Below, in pieces: positions 62,501-64,000 of a stretch of DNA of 64,000 nt. The stretch comes from Eledone cirrhosa (lineage: Eukaryota): assembly GCA_964016885.1 (NCBI GenBank), contig OZ024743.1:186062001-186126000 (forward strand), read 5' to 3'. The translations under genes and the position numbers were made by a program. The notes beneath the pieces are model-generated. The model was given only the letters and a program-made list of their open reading frames with translations. It ran no database searches and had not been told where the DNA came from. Position 1 is the first letter of the stretch. Each line of letters begins with the position of its first letter.

Positions 62501-64000
62501 TACATTACTATTCTACTTAAGTCTTATCCCACTACATTACTGTCCTACAACAGTCTTATCCCACTGCATTACTATTCTACAACAGTCTTATCCCACTACA
62601 TTACTATCCTACAACAGTCTTATCCCACTACATTACTATCCTACTTAAGTCTTATCCCACTACATTACTATCCTACAACAGTCTTATCCCACTACATTAC
62701 TATTCTACTTAAGTCTTATCCCACTACATTACTATCCTACAACAGTCTTATCCCACTACATTACTATTCTACAACAGTCTTATCCCACTACATTACTATC
62801 CTACAACAGTCTTATCCCACTACATTACTATCCTACAACAGTCTTATCCCACTACATTACTATCCTACCACAGTCTTATCCCACTACATTACTATTCTAC
62901 AACAGTCTTATCCCACTACATTACTATCCTACAACAGTCTTATCCCACTACATTACTATCCTACAACAGTCTTATTCCACTACATTACTATTCTACTTAA
63001 GTCTTATCCCACTACATTACTATTCTACAACAGTCTTATCCCACTACATTACTATTCTACAACAGTCTTATCCCACTACATTACTATCCTACAACAGTCT
63101 TATCCCACTACATTACTATCCTACAACAGTCTTATCCCACTACATTACTATCCTACCACAGTCTTATCCCACTACATTACTATTCTACAACAGTCTTATT
63201 CCACTACATTACTATCCTACAACAGTCTTATCCCACTACATTACTATCCTACAACAGTCTTATCCCACTACATTACTATCCTACAACAGTCTTATCCCAC
63301 TACATTACTATCCTACTTAAGTCTTATTCCACTACATTACTATCCTAGAACAGTCTTATTCCACTACATTACTATCCTACTTAAGTCTTATCCCACTACA
63401 TTACTATCCTACTTAAGTCTTATTCCTCTATATTACTATCCTACAACAGTCTTATTCCACTACATTACTATCCTACAATAGTCTTATCCCACTACATTAC
63501 TATTCTACTTAAGTCTTATTCCACTACATTACTATTCTACTTAAGTCTTATCCCACTACATTACTATCCTACAACAGTCTTATCCCACTACATTACTATT
63601 CTACTTAAGTCTTATCCCACTACATTACTATCCTACTTATGTCTTATCCCACTACATTACTATTCTACTTAAGTCTTATCTCACTACATTACTATCCTAC
63701 AACAGTCTTATCCCACTACATTACTATTCTACTTAAGTCTTATCCCACTACATTACTATTCTACTTAAGTCTTATCCCACTACATTACTATCCTACAACA
63801 GTCTTATCCCACTACATTACTATTCTACTTAAGTCTTATCCCACTACATTACTATCCTACTTAAGTCTTATCCGACTACATTACTATCCTATAACAGTCT
63901 TATCCCACTACATTACTATCCTACAACAGTCTTATCCCACTACATTACTATCCTATAACAGTCTTATCCCACTACATTACTATTCTACTTAAGTCTTATT
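50600..64000 (+). repeat. Right domain: A-type modules only, more rearranged, with periods of 5,232 and 4,832 bp
   Basis: 'cttcattac' 50902/56134 and 'tactgtcc' 52478/57710 are at offset 5,232. 'tactgtcc' 57710/62542, ORF starts 58807/63639 and 'ccgac' 59042/63874 are at offset 4,832. B-module markers (acgtt, tttaccc, caactg) were not seen after about 44.7 kb. Confidence 0.85.

Larger units (their letters stand above)
1..64000 (+). repeat. Satellite/minisatellite tandem array, 32-bp monomer TAC[AAC/TTA]AGTCTTATCCCACTACATTACTAT[C/T]C, about 2,000 head-to-tail copies, running off both window ends
   Basis: Bases 1-32 recur at 33, 65 and onward through the window. No inversion or non-repeat insertion was seen. 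The AAC monomer has 10 T, 10 A, 11 C and 1 G. Confidence 0.99.

Noticed and set aside
8646-63992. The 85-142 aa ORFs in the supplied track (MSYPTT..., MTILLK..., MSYNSL...)
   Set aside because: They are translations of the 32-bp repeat cycling through three frames. The ATGs come from rare point variants (cttatg, catgac, taatgt) and the stops from TTA monomers. There is no domain or gene context, so they serve only as HOR markers.
1-64000. CRISPR array, given a repeat length in the CRISPR range
   Set aside because: Monomers are directly adjacent with no unique spacers, the variable part has only two main states, and there is no leader or cas gene.
1-64000. Great-ape 32-bp subterminal satellite (pCht/StSat)
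   Set aside because: The unit length is the same, but the monomer does not resemble that consensus as I recall it on either strand. A Dfam or BLAST comparison would settle this.
1-64000. G-quadruplex or i-motif array
   Set aside because: Each 32 bp has only one GGG and at most one GG on the - strand, separated by long loops, which does not fit the canonical four-G3-tract pattern.
1-64000. Canonical telomerase repeat (TTAGGG, TTAGG, TTTAGGG types)
   Set aside because: These motifs do not form the array, and rare variants are propagated in multi-kb blocks, which indicates DNA-level duplication rather than templated addition.
1-64000. Transposon insertions or piggyBac-type elements at the many TTAA sites
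   Set aside because: No non-repeat sequence, terminal inverted repeats or transposase fragments were seen.

Overview
The whole 64 kb window is one uninterrupted, single-orientation tandem array of about 2,000 copies of a 32-bp monomer (consensus TACAACAGTCTTATCCCACTACATTACTATCC). I see no genes, RNA genes, transposons, CRISPR spacers or unique sequence, and all listed ORFs are by-products of the repeat. The monomer is a diverged 16+16 dimer and is strongly strand-skewed (one G per 32 nt on +). It has two main interspersed types, AAC and TTA at positions 4-6, plus a C/T switch at position 31. Rare variants show nested higher-order structure: local duplications of 224, 448 and 1,088 bp, modules of about 3-4.3 kb, a higher-order repeat (HOR) of about 7.3-7.8 kb, and a near-identical 12,608-bp tandem duplication. 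The centre carries derived alleles, while the two edges share other alleles. This resembles a eukaryotic satellite or giant minisatellite (centromeric, subtelomeric or heterochromatic), but the organism, repeat family and function cannot be determined from the sequence. I found no novel protein-coding system; the interest lies in the array architecture. Breakpoints were read by eye and are accurate to about 1-2 monomers.
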